A DNA stretch of 64,000 nucleotides from an uncultured Acidobacteriota bacterium (GTDB taxonomy: Bacteria; Acidobacteriota; Vicinamibacteria; Vicinamibacterales; UBA2999): the NCBI GenBank assembly GCA_963713655.1, contig CAVQMT010000013.1, positions 25,422 to 89,421 of the forward strand, read 5' to 3'. A program made the translations under genes and the position numbers. This document shows, piece after piece, positions 22,679 through 37,639 of this stretch. Within the stretch, counting starts at the first letter, position 1. Each line of letters begins with the position of its first letter. The notes under the pieces were generated by a model that was not told where the DNA came from, did no database searches, and saw only the letters and a program-made list of their open reading frames with translations.

Positions 22679-24890
22679 ATGCCCATGCCCAAGCGGTCCG
22701 GCGCCCTCCTGCGCACGCGCCCGTCGGTTCGAGCCGTCGTGCTCGCCGTGGCGTTGACCTGGGTACTCGGCGGACGCGCAGGGCAGACGCAGGCGCCGCC
22801 ACAGGAGCCGGCGCCGCAGCCTCCGGCACCGCAGGGTGCCCAGCCGGCCCGGCAGCAGCCAGCCAACGATCCGCCGCGCCCATCCAGCTGCCGGAGCAGC
22901 CCACCTTCCGCGGCGGCATCGACTTCGTCCGCGTCGACGTGATCGTGACCGACGGCAAAGCCGCACCGGTCACCGACCTGAAGCAGACCGACTTCGAGGT
23001 GCTGGAGGACGACCAGCCGCAGGGCATCGAGCAGTTCCGGCTGATCAAGGTCGACGGCAACCCGAAGCCGGGCGATCCGCCGCCGCGCCAGCTGCGCAAC
23101 CGCGACGACGAGGAGTCGGAGGCCGCGCGCGACGACGTCCGCGTCTACGCGATCCTGCTCGACGACTATCACGTGCGGAGGGCGAACTCGATCTCGGTAC
23201 GGACGCCGCTGATCAAGTTCATCGAGACCCAGCTGCGTCCCAACGACATGATCGCGGTGATGTACCCGCTGCAGCCGGCGAGCGACGTCTCGTTCACCCG
23301 CAACCACGGGGCGATCATCTCGGCGATCGAGCAGTTCGAGGGCCGCAAGTACGACTATCGCCCGCGCAACCAGCTGGAGGAGAACTACGTCCGCTATCCG
23401 ACCGAAACCGTGGAGCGCATCCGCAACGATGTCGTGATGGGCGCGCTGCGCGGGCTGTCGGTGCGACTGGGTTCCTTGACCGAGCGCCGCAAGTCGATCA
23501 TCTTCGTCAGCGAGGGCTTCACCGCGATGCTGCCGCCGCAGATGCGGCGCGCCGACGCCTCGATGCCGGCGGACCCGCGCACCTTCGGCATCGGCTCGGC
23601 CGCAGGCGACACGCCGCAGGAGCAGACCGCGGCGTTCTTCTCCCAGGCCGATGTGTTCTCGCGGCTGCGGGACGTGTTCGAGGCGGCCAACCGGAACAAC
23701 GCGTCGATCTACTCGCTCGACCCGCGGGGCCTGGCGGTGTTCGAGTTCGACCTCGACGACGCCGCAGTTCGGCGCGACGCCGTCGTTCGCGACCGATCGG
23801 CGCACGCTGCAGATGACCACCGACACGCTGCGGACGCTGTCGGAAGAAACCGACGGCCGCGCCATCGTCAACCGCAACACGCTGGCCGAGGGCATGGCCC
23901 AGATCGCTCGCGATTCGAGCTACTACTACCTGCTCGGCTACAACTCGAAGGCGCCGACCGACGGCAAGTTCCACCAGATCAAGGTGCGCGTGAAGCGCCG
24001 CGGCGTCGAGGTTCGCGCGCGGCGCGGGTTCTGGGCCGCCTCGACCGCCGACCTCGAAAAGATCGCCAACCCGGCCAAGGAGATAGCGAAGCCGATCCAG
24101 ATGGCGCTGGCGTCGATTGCGCCGGCCGTTCAGGCGAACCGCTACGTGCGGACGTGGGTGGGCAGCCAGCGTGGCGAGGGCGGCAAGACCAAGGTGACCG
24201 TGGTGTGGGAGCCGATGCCGGCGCCCCCCGGCGCACGCCGCGATCCAATCGCCGGCGTGTCGGTGCTGGCCGCCGACGGCGGCGGCAACCTGGTGTTCCG
24301 CGGCCGTTCGGGCGGGAACGGCGCGGTGAACACCGGCTCGGGCCCGGGCTCGGTCCGGCCCCCGGCGCCGTCGAGTGCAGGTGCCGGCGCTGCGGTGCCC
24401 GCAACAGATCACGTTCGACGCGCCCCCCGGCAAGCTGGAGTTGCGGCTGACCGTCGACGGCGCGGATGGCGCCGGCACGCTGGATCGAGAGAACCAGACC
24501 GTGGAGATTCCGGACTTTTCCGCGCCGCAGGCGGCCCTCAGTACACCGCGCGTGTACCGCGGGCGCACGGCGCGCGACCTCCAGGTGTTTCAGTCCGATC
24601 CAGCCGCAGTGCCGGCGATCACGCGCGAGTTCTCGCGGACCGAGCGCCTGCTGATCCGGTTCGACGCCTACGCGCCTGGCACCGAGCAGCCCACGCCGAC
24701 GGCGCGGCTGTTGAACCGGGCCGGCGACAAGATACTGGACCTGACCGTCGTGCCGGCCACGGCAGGCGGCACCCATCAGGTCGACGTCGGCCTGAACACG
24801 GTTCCACCTGGCGAGTATCTGGTGGAGTTGAGCGTTCCCAGCGCCACCGGCGGCGCCTCGTCCCTGATCGCCTTCCGCGTCGGATCCTAG
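22679..24890 (+). CDS. secreted VWA domain protein (acidobacterial VWFA-related type; at least 3 frame breaks)
   Basis: ATG 22679 plus signal peptide. Pieces 22654.., 23651.. and 24375..24890. FRGGIDFVRVDVIVTD, YAILLDDYH, IIFVSEGF, SIYSLDPRGL, SYYYLLGY. Confidence 0.75.
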
Positions 24891-24969
24891 CGTCCTCCTT
24901 GAGCGGAATTTGCGTGGCCGGCTTTTCCGGCGCCTGATTGATAATGGCGGGCGCCCGGAGGTGGCGACG

Positions 24970-26384
24970 ATGAGGTATGTCGGTCTGATCGCCCTGGTGA
25001 CCGTGCTGGTCGCCGGCGCGACTGGCGCGCCCAGGAGGGCCGCCCGGCCCCTCGGCACCGACGCCGTTCTCGACTATCACGTTCTACAAGGCGCACGTCG
25101 AGCCGCTGTTCCTGGTGAAGCGGCCGGGGCTGCATGGCGTGCGTCGGGTGCCACGAACGCGGCGCCGGCGGCCTGCAGGCTCCAGCCGCTCGTCAAGCGG
25201 CGGCATGGACCGAGGACGCGTCCCGGAAGAACTTCACCGCGGTGTCCGCCGTGGGTCGCGCCGGGCAGACCGGGCGACCAGCCGCTTGCTGCAGCATCCG
25301 CTCGCGCCCGACGACGGCGGCGATCCGTTCCACGGCGGTGGCAAGCACTGGACGGCGCAGCGCTCCCGAGTACCGGACGCTCGGCGTCGTGGGTCACAGG
25401 GCGAGATCGGTCCGCTCGACGACGCATCGCGGCGCGCATCGATCCAGACCAACTCGGCCGGCGACGCTGCGCACGTGATCGATCCGGCCACGCAGAAGGT
25501 GGTCGGCGATCATCAACGACGTGCCGATTGCGCACGGCGTGGTCGGGGCGCCCGATGGCAGCCGTCTGTATATGAGCGACGAGGCCCGGCACACGCTGGA
25601 CGTCGTGGACGCGCGCAGCCTGTCGGTGGCGGCCCGCGTGCCGCTGAGCGGCCGGCCCGAACAACGTCTACGTCAGCAAGGACGGGGGCAAGGTCTACGT
25701 CGGCATCCGTGAAGCGCCTGGCGCGGTGGACGTGATCGACACGCGCACGCTGACGCGCGTGAAGACGGTGCCGGTGGCCGGCGAGGTGCACAACGTCTAC
25801 GTGACGCCGGACGGCAAATACGCGGTGGCCGGATCGATTGCCGGCAAGTCGATTTCGATCGTCGACACCGCGACCGATCAGCTGGTGCGGACGCTTCACC
25901 CTGTCCGCCGGCGTTCGGCCGATGGCCTTCGACACCAACGCCGGACGGCTCCACCAATCGCGTCTTCGCGCAGCTGTCCGACTTCCACGGCTTCGTCGCG
26001 GTGGACTTCGCCACCGGCAAGGAGGTGGCGCGGATCGAGCACCCGGCGATTCCCGGGGTGCACGCACATCGCGACGGCCTGCAGGGCGCGCCGGCGCACG
26101 GGCTGGTGGTGACGCCCGACGGCACGCAGCTGTGGTCAACGAGCAAGGTCTACGGCTACGCCTACGTGCACGCGCTGCCCGGACTGGCCGAGGTGGGGCG
26201 GGTGTTCGTCGGCCAGCACCCGGAGTGGCTCACGTTCACGCCCGACGGGCGCTACGCCTATGTGGCCGCGGCCGGTGACAATCTGACGTTCGTGATCGAC
26301 ACCAAGACATTGAAGGAAGTGGCTCGCATCCCCGTCGGCCAGGTGCCGAAGCGGATCGCCACGGCCGTGCTGCAGGTCTACTGA
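24970..26384 (+). CDS. secreted c-type cytochrome domain fused to YVTN/beta-propeller repeats (about 6 frame breaks)
   Basis: CXXCH as ACVGCH (ORF 25134..). Repeats ..HVIDPATQKVVG.., GKVYVG..VDVIDTRTL, VYVTPDGKYAV, LVVTPDGTQLW, YVAAAGDNLTFVIDTKTL (ORFs 25726.. and 26001..26384). Confidence 0.65.
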
Positions 26385-26403
26385 CCGCTATTCCAAAGGG
26401 AGC

Positions 26404-27895
26404 ATGAACATGGTGAGGCAGGGCATGACGGCGCTGGCCGTCCTGATGATGGTGGCATCCACGGCGGCGGCGCAGGACGCGAAGACCGTGCTGGGGAACG
26501 CGGCGCGGGCGATGGGGATCGAGAACGTCACCGCGATCCATTTCTACGGCACGGCCGCGGCGGGCAACCTGGGGCAGAACAACAACGCGAACCAGCCGTG
26601 GCCGATGGCGGCGATGAACGATTACGTCCGCGCGATCGACTTCTCGCAGCCGGCGTCGCGGGCGACCTGGGCGACCTTCGCCGTGCCCGTGACCGGCGGC
26701 CGCGCCGCGCTGGCGCAGGGCACGCCGCAGACCCAGCAGGTGATCACGCCGACAACGGCAGGCGTGGGGCCAGCAGCTCGAGATCTGGATCACGCCCTGG
26801 GGCTTCGTGAAGGGCGGGCTGGCCAACAACGCGACAGTGAAGAGCCAGACGGTGAGCGGCACCCGCTACCAGGTCGTGACCTGGAACGCGCCGGCAAAGT
26901 CGCCGGGCGGCCAGCCCTATCGGCTGGTGGGCTACGTCAACGCGCAGGGCCTGGTGGACCGCGTGCAGACCTGGGTCGAGAACCCGATCTTCGGCGACAT
27001 GCTGGTCGAGGCCGACTACAGCTACTACCGTGACAGCAACGGGCTGAAGTTCCCCGCCCGCATGGTCCAGAAGCGCGGCGGCTGGCCGACCTTCGAGGCC
27101 TACATCCTGGGCGCGCACGCCAACCCGGCGAACCTCCAGGCGCTGCTGACGGCGCCCCCGCCCCCGGCTGGGCGCGGCGGCGGGCCGGGAGGTCCGGGCG
27201 GACCCGGCGGCGCCGCGGCGGCGCCGACCTCGGAGAAGCTGGCGGACGGCGTCTTCCGGATCAACGGCGCCTACAACGCACTGGCGATCGAGTTCGCCGA
27301 CCACATCGTGCTGTTCGAACCGGGGCCGCAGAACGAGGCGCGCGCGCAGGCGATCATCGCCGAGGCCAAGAAAGTGATCCCGAACAAGCCGATCCGCTAC
27401 GGGATCATCTCGCACCACCACTTCGACCACACGAGCGGCCTGCCCGCCGTGGTGGCCGAGGGCATCACGATCGTGACGCCGGAAGTGAACCGCGGGTTCC
27501 TGATGACGGCGTTGTCGGCGCCGCGGACGTTGGCGCCGGACTCCCAGTCCAAGTCGGGCAAGAAGCCGGTGGTCGAAGGGTTCACCGGCGACAAGCGGGT
27601 GTTCCAGGACGGCACGCGCACGCTGGAAGTGCACGTGATCAAGGGGCTGCCGCACGCGGACGGCCTGGTGGTCGGCTATCTGCCGAAGGAGAAGATCCTG
27701 GTCTACGCCGACATGTTCAACCTGCCGCCGGCCAACGATCCGGTGCCGAATCCACCGGTCACGGGCACGGGCGTGTTCGCCGACAACCTGGATCGCCTGA
27801 AGCTGGACGTGGAGCGGGTCATGTCGATCCACAGCCTGAACCCGGACCGCCTGACCACCGTCGCGGAGCTGAAGGCGTCGTTGGGGAGGAAGTAG
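26404..27895 (+). CDS. secreted MBL-fold metallo-hydrolase with N-terminal extra domain (1 frame break near 26770)
   Basis: ORFs 26404.. and 26807..27895. Signal peptide, Gly/Pro linker, HHHFDH motif. Confidence 0.75.
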
Positions 27896-27900
27896 AAGAA

Positions 27901-27985
27901 CAAGGCAAAGGCAAAGGCAGAAGGAAGAGACTGGCCCAAGGTCACGGCGTCGAGCCTCGCTAGCCTTGGGCCTTGCCTTTGGCCT

Positions 27986-27990
<5 letters not shown>
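27901..27990. repeat. heptad-periodic long hairpin between convergent MBL and gdhA genes
   Basis: CAAGGCA AAGGCAA AGGCAGA AGG..GGCCCAAGG ... CCTTGGGCC TTGCCTTTGGCCTTTAGG. The loop carries GAGCCTCGCTAGCCT, which also occurs at 15387-15401. Confidence 0.7.
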
Positions 27991-29239
<1,249 letters not shown>

Positions 29240-29270
29240 TCGCCCCGGTATTGTGGCCTAAGATCGATCC

Positions 29271-30861
<1,591 letters not shown>

Positions 30862-30868
<7 letters not shown>

Positions 30869-30931
30869 CGAGACTGCGCTTCTCGACATCTCGCTAAATT
30901 ATCTGTGTCTTTTGGCCCCGCTTCGCGGGGC
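30862..30931 (+). repeat. composite two-hairpin intergenic repeat, copy B (divergent)
   Basis: AATTTAGCGAGA-N15-TCTCGCTAAATT (perfect 12-bp arms), then ATCTGTGTCTTTTG, then GCCCCGC-TTC-GCGGGGC. A third hairpin GGCGCCGGGC-AA-GCCCGGCGCC follows at 30933-30954. Confidence 0.7.
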
Positions 30932-30967
30932 GGGCGCCGGGCAAGCCCGGCGCCGGGGAGCAGGCGA

Positions 30968-31375
30968 GTGTCGCAGCAGCGGATTCGAGTCGTCATCGCC
31001 AAGCCGGGCCTGGATGGGCACGACCGGGGCGCGAAGGTGATCGCACGGGCGCTCCGGGACGCCGGCATGGAGGTGATCTACACCGGCTTGCGGCAGACGC
31101 CGGAGCAGATCGTCACGGCGGCGCTCCAGGAGGACGCGGACGTCATCGGGCTGTCGATCCTCTCGGGCGCGCACATGCACATCTGCCCCCGGATCATGGA
31201 GCTGCTGCGGGAGCGCGGGTTGTCGGACGTGGCCGTGGTCGTGGGGGGCATCATTCCGGACGTGGACGTGCCGAAGCTGAACGCGATCGGCATCACCGGC
31301 ATCTTCCAGCCGGGTGCGCCCATGCAGGAGATCGTCGAGTTCATCCAGGAACGCGTCGCGGCGAAGGTCGACTGA
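30968..31375 (+). CDS. methylmalonyl-CoA mutase, cobalamin-binding subunit
   Basis: In ORF 30905..31375. DxHxxG motif as [12 protein letters not shown] prefer GTG 30968 (GGGGAG upstream) because 30905-30967 is hairpin sequence. Confidence 0.85.
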   Translation: MSQQRIRVVIAKPGLDGHDRGAKVIARALRDAGMEVIYTGLRQTPEQIVTAALQEDADVIGLSILSGAHMHICPRIMELLRERGLSDVAVVVGGIIPDVDVPKLNAIGITGIFQPGAPMQEIVEFIQERVAAKVD

Positions 31376-32553
31376 ATGCACAAGCTACTGCTGGCCGACG
31401 ACAGCGTCACGATCCAGCGAGTCATCGAGCTGACGTTCTCCGGCGAGGACGTGCAGGTGCTGGCCGTCAACGACGGCGAGCAGGCCATCGCCCGCATTCC
31501 CGCTCGAGCATCCCGACGTGGTGCTGGCCGACATCGGCATGCCCCGCAAGGGCGGCTACGACGTGTCGGCGTTCGTCAAGGGCCGCGCCGACCTGGCGCA
31601 CATCCCGGTGCTGCTGCTGGCCGGGGCCTTCGAGCCGGTGGACCAGGCGCGCGCCGAGCAGGTGAGGGCCGACGGGGTGTTGATCAAGCCGTTCGAGCCG
31701 CGCCAGGTGATCGAGCGGGTGAAGGAGCTGCTGGCGGCCGTGCCGCGGCGCGGATGCCGCGCGCCCGGCCCGCGAGCCGGTGCCGGTCGTCCTCGAGCCG
31801 GAGCCGATCGCGGCGCCGGCCGCCGAAGCGACCGGCTCGGCGGAGGCCGAGGCGGCGGCGTCGCTCGACGAGCTGTTCGAAAGCTTGAACCAGGCCCTGC
31901 ACGAGCCGGTCCAGGCTGCGCCCGCCGCGCCGCCGGAGCCGCCGCCCGAAGCGGCAGCCGGTGCCCCAAACCGAACTCGAATCGGCATTCGAGTCCGAGC
32001 CGTTCGTCCTGGAACCACCCCTGCGCCTTCGAGCCGCTGGCCGCGCCCGCCAGCAACGGCGCGACGCTCGACGACTACTTCGATCGCCTGAGCGCGGCGT
32101 TCGAGCATGCCACCGCTCCGTCGGCACGCCAGTTCCAGCCGCTGCCCGAGCGGCTGGAGGATCTGATGCCGCCGGCTCCGCCGGCGCCGGCGTCGCCGCC
32201 GCCCGTCGCCGTCGCCGCGCCGCCTCCCGCCACCGAGTGGCCGGCGCAGGAGTGGCTCTCGCCAGCCGGCACCACGCTGTCGTTCGATCGACGCGGCGAC
32301 GAGGCCAACCCGATCCTGGAAGCCGTGACCGCGCTGATTGGCGCAAGGCGCCGAGAACGGATCCCCGAAGGCCGCGGCACTGCCGTGGCCCGAACCGCCG
32401 ACTGCGCCGGAGCCGGAACCGGGCGCGGCCTCGGAGGCGATGGTGGACGCGGTCACCGAGCGCGTGCTCGCCCGCCTGGTTCCCGAACTGGCCGAGCGCC
32501 TGCGGCGGCTGGTGCAGCAGGAGATCGCGCGCGCGCAGCAAGACGTGCACTGA
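31376..32553 (+). CDS. response regulator receiver protein with long Pro/Ala-rich C-terminal region (about 4 frame breaks)
   Basis: MHKLLLADDSVTIQRVIE.., VLADIGMPRKGGYDV, LIKPFEP. No DNA-binding output domain seen. The ATG directly abuts the mutase TGA (TGAATG). Confidence 0.7.
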
Positions 32554-32554
32554 C

Positions 32555-32594
32555 GCGCGGGCCCCGCCTCCGGGCCGCGCCGGTCTTCGACCGG
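32555..32594 (+). terminator. two tandem GC hairpins after the response regulator gene
   Basis: GCGCGGGCC..GGGCCGCGC followed by CCGGTC-TTC-GACCGG (32580-32594). No clear U-tract. Confidence 0.35.
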
Positions 32595-32612
32595 CGACTA
32601 CAATGAGAGGGA

Positions 32613-35194
32613 ATGGCCGCACCCTCGCATCCCATCCGCCTCCCCGAAAAGCCGGCGCTCGAAGGCCTCGAAGCCAAGTGGAACGCGCGGTGGGAAGAGG
32701 AGGGCACCTACCGGTTCGACTCGACCGCCAGCCGTGACGAGCGTCTTCTCGATCGACACGCCGCCGCCGACGGTGAGCGGGTCGCTGCACGTCGGCCACG
32801 TCTTCTCCTACACCCACACCGACGTCGTCGCGCGCTTCCAGCGCATGCGCGGCAAGGCCGTCTTCTACCCGATGGGGTGGGACGACAACGGCCTGCCCAC
32901 CGAGCGCCGGGTCCAGAACTACTACGGCGTGCGCTGCGATCCGTCGCTGCCGTACGACCCGGCCTTCACGCCGCCCGAGAAGCCGGGCAAGCAGGCGATC
33001 TCGGTGTCGCGGCCGAACTTCATCGAGCTGTGCACCCGGCTCACGCACGAAGACGAGAAGGCCTTCGAGCACCTGTGGCGCCACCTCGGCCTGTCGGTGG
33101 ACTGGTCCCGCACCTACGCCACCATCGGCAAGCCGGCGCAGCGGGTGTCGCAGGCCGCGTTCCTCCGGCTGCTGGCCCGCGGCGCAGGCGTATCAGCTCG
33201 AGGCGCCGACGCTGTGGGACGTGGACTTTCGCACCGCCGTGGCGCAGGCCGAGCTCGAGGATCGCGAGCAGCCCGGCGCCTACCACCGCTTGCGGTTTCC
33301 CGGCGCCGACGGCTGCGTTCGTGGACATCGAGACCACGCGCCCTGAGCTGCTGCCGGCGTGCGTGGCGCTGGTCGCGCATCCGGACGACGCGCGCTACCA
33401 GCCGCTGTTCGAGACCTCGGTGCGGACGCCGCTCTTCGGCGTGCCGATCCCGGTGAAGGCGCACGCGCTGGCCGATCCCGAGAAGGGCAGCGGCATCGCG
33501 ATGATCTGCACCTTCGGCGATCTGACCGACGTCGATCTGGTGGCGCGAGCTGTCGCTGCCGGTGCGCGCCGTGATCCAGCCAAACGGCACGCTGCGGCCG
33601 GTGACGTTCGGATCCGAGGAGTGGCCCTCGGCCGACGCCAGCACGGCCCAGGGCGCTCTACGACCAGCTGGCGGGGCTGTCGGTGCCCAAGGCGCGCGCC
33701 AAGATCGTGGAGCTGCTGCAGGCCAGCGGCGAGCTGATCGGCGAACCGCGCCCGATCACGCACCCGGTGAAGTTCTACGAGAAGGGCGATCGGCCGCTCG
33801 AAATCGTGACCAGCCGGCAGTGGTTCATCAGGACGATGGACTACAAGGAGCCGCTGCTGGCGCGCGGCCGCGAGCTGCGGTGGCACCCCGAGTACATGCA
33901 GCACCGTTACGAGAACTGGGTGAACGGTCTCACCGGTGACTGGTGCGTGAGCCGTCAGCGTTTCTTCGGCGTGCCGTTTCCGGTGTGGTACTCCGGTCCG
34001 GGCTGACGGCACCACCGACTACGCGCGCCAGCTGGTGCCGGACGAGTCGCGCCTGCCGGTGGACCCCTCCACCGACGTGCCGGACGGCTACGCTGCGAGC
34101 CAGCGCGACGTGCCCGGCGGCTTCACCGGCGATCCGGACGTGATGGACACGTGGGCGACGTCGTCGCTGACGCCGCAGATCGCCGGCGGCTGGCTGGAGG
34201 ATCCGGCGCTGTTCGCCCGGGTGTTCCCGATGGACGTGCGGCCCGCAGGCGCACGACATCATCCGGACGTGGCTGTTCACCACCGTCCTGCGGGCAGAGC
34301 TCGAGCACGGCGTCGGTGCCGTGGACCAACGCCGCCATCTCCGGCTGGGTGCTCGATCCGGACCGCAAGAAGATGTCGAAGTCCAAGGGCAACGTGGTGA
34401 CGCCGATGGCGCTGCTCGAGGAGCACGGCTCCGACGGCGCGCGCTACTGGGCGGCGAGCGGCCGCCCCGGCGCCGACACCGCGTTCGACCCGGCGCAGAT
34501 GAAGGTGGGCCGCCGCCTGGCGATCAAGCTGCTGAACGCGGCGCGGTTCGCGCTGCTGCAGGCCGAACCCCGCGGCGCCGTGGTCGAGCCGCTGGACCGC
34601 GGCATGCTGACGCAGCTGTCGCGGCTGGTCGAGGACGCCACCGGGCACCTCGACGCCTACGACTACACCCGCGTGCTCGAGCGCACCGAGACGTTCTTCT
34701 GGACCTTCTGCGACGACTACCTGGAGCTGGTGAAGTCGCGCCGCTACGGCGACTTCGGCCCCGAGGGCGCCGCCAGCGCCAACAGCGCGATGCTGGTGGC
34801 GCTGTCCACGCTGCTGCGGCTGTTCGCGCCTATCCTGCCGTTCGTGACCGAGGAAGTGTGGTCGTGGTGGCAGCCCGGATCGGTGCACCGCGCGTCGTGG
34901 CCGACGCCCGAGGAAGTGGTCGAGGCGATTGGCGGCCGCGACGACCAGTCGGCGGCGGTGCTCGCCGCGACGCAGGCGGCCCTGGCCGACGTGCGGCGCC
35001 TGAAGGCGCTGGAGAAGCGGCCGGTCAAGGCCGTGATCTCGCGCGCCGTGCTGCCGCACGCGCTCGAAGCGCTGCGGCCGTCGATCCGCGACTTCCAGGC
35101 GGCGTCGCACGTGCGCGAGCTGTCGTTCGACAGCGTGACGGAAGCGCAGCTCGTGTTCGAGGAAAGCGTCCCGCCCAGCGGAGCGCCGGCGTGA
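32613..35194 (+). CDS. valS: valine--tRNA ligase (many frame breaks)
   Basis: [18 protein letters not shown] (HIGH region), [18 protein letters not shown]-terminal piece 34151..35194. Confidence 0.9.
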
Positions 35195-36064
35195 TCGACC
35201 GCGGCGCGCCGGCGGCTGCGGTGGCGCCGCTGGCGCTCGACGAGTACCAGGACACGGTGCGCGCCGCGCTGGCCGAAGACATCGGCGCCGGCGACGTGAC
35301 GACCGACGCGACCGTGGCTCCGCAGCAGCGCGCACGGGCGGTGCTGGTGGCCAAGTCCCGCTGCGTCGTCGCCGGCCTGGATGTCGCCGCCGAGGCCTTC
35401 CGCCAGCGGGACGCGGATGTGGTGATCGTCCGTCACCGGGCCGACGGCGACTGGTGCGAGCCGGGCACCGTGGTGGCCGAGGTCAGCGGGCCGCGCGGCG
35501 GCGCTGCTGACGTGCCGAGCGCGTGGCGCTCAACTTCCTGCAGCGGCTGTCGGGCACGGCCACGCTGGCGCGCGGGTTCGCCGACGCTGCCGGCGGCCGC
35601 ATCGTGGTCCTGGATACACGGAAGACCACGCCGCTCCTGCGCGTTCTCGAGAAGTACGCCGTGCGCGTCGGCGGCGCCACCAACCATCGCTTCCGCCTGG
35701 ACGACGGCGTGCTGATCAAGGACAACCACGTGCGCCTGGCGGGTGGCGTGGAGCAGGCGGTCAGCCGGGCGCGGGCTGGCCGTCACGGGACTTGCCGATC
35801 GAGGTCGAGGCGCAGAGCCTCGACGAAGTGGACGCCGCGCTGCGGGCGGGGGCCGACATCGTGCTGCTCGACAACCTGAGCCTCGACGACGTCCGCGAAG
35901 CCGTGGCGCGCTGCCAGGGCCGGGCGCGGACCGAGATCTCCGGCGGCGTCACGTTGGACCGGCTGCCGGCGCTGGCCGCCACCGGCGCGACGTTCGTGTC
36001 GGTGGGTGCGCTCACGCACTCGGCGCCCGCCGCCGACCTCAGCTTCGAGATCGAGCCGGCCTGA
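35191..36064 (+). CDS. nadC: nicotinate-nucleotide diphosphorylase (carboxylating) (2 frame breaks)
   Basis: GTG 35191 overlaps the valS stop (GTGA). [52 protein letters not shown]. Confidence 0.9.
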
Positions 36065-36112
36065 TCGGCGACGGTGCGCACGTGGCCGTGAGAGGCGAGG
36101 GGCTCGATTGCC

Positions 36113-36910
36113 GTGCCGGACGACGTCGCCGAGGCGCTGGCCCTGCGTCGTCCCGCGCGCCGGCCGGCTCGGACACCGCGTGTCGTGGTACTCCGACATC
36201 GCCATCGACGAACGACGAAGCGCTGGCGCTCGCCGAACGCGGCGCGGAGGAAGGCTGGCTGGTGGGCGCCGACAGCCAGTCCGCCGGCCGCGGACGCCAT
36301 GGCCGGACGTGGGCGTCGCCCGCCGGTGGTGGACTCTACCTGTCGGTGGTGCTGCGGCCGCCGCCGCACGCGGTGCGACTGCTGACGCTGGCGGCGGGCG
36401 TTGCCGTAGCCGAGGGGATCCAAGCCGCCAGCGGCGCCGAGGCCGGCGTGAAATGGCCGAACGACGTCTGCCTGCCGCTGTCGCGTCCGCGCAAGGTGGC
36501 CGGCATCCTGGCTGAGGCCAACGCCTCGGGCGCGCAAGTGGAGTACGTCGTGGTCGGCATCGGCGTGAACATCGGGCACGCGGCGCTTCCTGCCCGACGT
36601 TGCCGATCGCGCGACGTCGATCGAGGCGGAGCTGGGCCGGCCCGTGCAGCGGGGCGCCGTCGCCGCGGAGGTGTGCGCGGCGCTGTGGCGCCGGTATCAG
36701 CAGCTGGTCGCGCGGCGACGACGGGGCCGTGCTGCAGGCGTGGCGGGCGCGCGGCGTCGCGACGTTCGGCCGCGCGCGTGGAGTGGGAGTCGGGCGGCGA
36801 GACCGCGCAGGGGCGTGGCCCGGGACGTGGACGGATCGGGCGCGCTGGTGGTCGAGACGGCACAGGGCGTGGCGAGCATCGCGTCGGGAGAGGTCCGGTG
36901 GCTGACGTAG
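36113..36910 (+). CDS. birA: biotin--[acetyl-CoA-carboxylase] ligase (about 3 frame breaks)
   Basis: STNDEA.., QSAGRGRHGRTWASP (GRGRxGR motif), KWPNDV, GIGVN. No N-terminal HTH seen. Confidence 0.8.
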
Positions 36911-37635
36911 CCGACGATCCGATCGAGGAGCCGTCCGACGCCGGCGCCTATTGCCGCGCGGTCGAGGCGCACCTGTGCCGGCGCAACACCGGTCACCTGG
37001 TGCGCATCGTCGGACCCTCCTTCGACCTGGTGTACGGGCTGGGCCGAGCGCGGCGTGCCGCTGCGCGTCGCCTGCCGGGGCATCGATCGCTACGTCGATC
37101 GGCAAGCCGGCCAAGGGCCCGCGGCGGCGGCCGATTCGCATCGAGCACTGCGAAGCCGACGTGCTGGATGTGTTCGACGAATGGCGCCGCGCCATCGGCG
37201 CGCCGTCGCGTCCGGCCGAGGCGGACGACCGAGGTCGCCGCGCGCCGCGCCGGGCTCGCTGCCGGCGCATCTCGAGCGCGTCGTCGCCAGGCTGACGGCG
37301 TTGCAGGCGCGAGCCGGCACGGCGCCGCCGGTTCTTGCCGCCGCCGCGGCCGTCGCCCGCGAGCTGGAGCGGCCGCATTCGGCGCCAAGACCCTGCGCGG
37401 CGAGGCGCGCGCCGTGTTCCTCGAGCGCCTGGCCCAGCTGGACGCGCAACTGCTCGGCGCCGCGCGGGATGGACTGGCCGCCGGCGAGCTGGCGGACCTG
37501 GCGCGGCAGGCCGAGCAGGAGCTGCGGTCGTTTCGCGACCGCATGACCGTCGAGGCGCACGCCGCGGCGGTGGGCGCGCTGGTGGATCGGCTGGTGCGCG
37601 AGCGGTATCAGCTGCCGTTCGTGTCGCCGGAGTAG
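36898..37635 (+). CDS. hypothetical protein (frame breaks)
   Basis: GTG 36898 overlaps the birA end. Reconstructed from ORF 35743..37635 plus 37055../36951... Helical Ala/Arg-rich C-half. No family recognised. Confidence 0.4.
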   Translation: MADVADDPIEEPSDAGAYCRAVEAHLCRRNTGHLVRIVGPSFDLVYGLGRARRAAARRLPGHRSLRRSASRPRARGGGRFASSTAKPTCWMCSTNGAAPSARRRVRPRRTTEVAARRAGLAAGASRARRRQADGVAGASRHGAAGSCRRRGRRPRAGAAAFGAKTLRGEARAVFLERLAQLDAQLLGAARDGLAAGELADLARQAEQELRSFRDRMTVEAHAAAVGALVDRLVRERYQLPFVSPE

Positions 37636-37639
37636 GCCG

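Noticed and set aside
29240-29270. Cobalamin riboswitch upstream of the B12-dependent mutase or upstream of meaB (59493-59589).
   Set aside because: The spacers are only 31 nt and 97 nt. That is far too short for a cobalamin riboswitch, and no B12-box-like sequence was seen.
30905-30967. Upstream start (30905) for the mutase B12-binding subunit, as listed in the ORF track.
   Set aside because: That extension ([21 protein letters not shown]) is a translation of the GC hairpins of the repeat element. GTG 30968 with an upstream GGGGAG gives a normal-length B12 domain.
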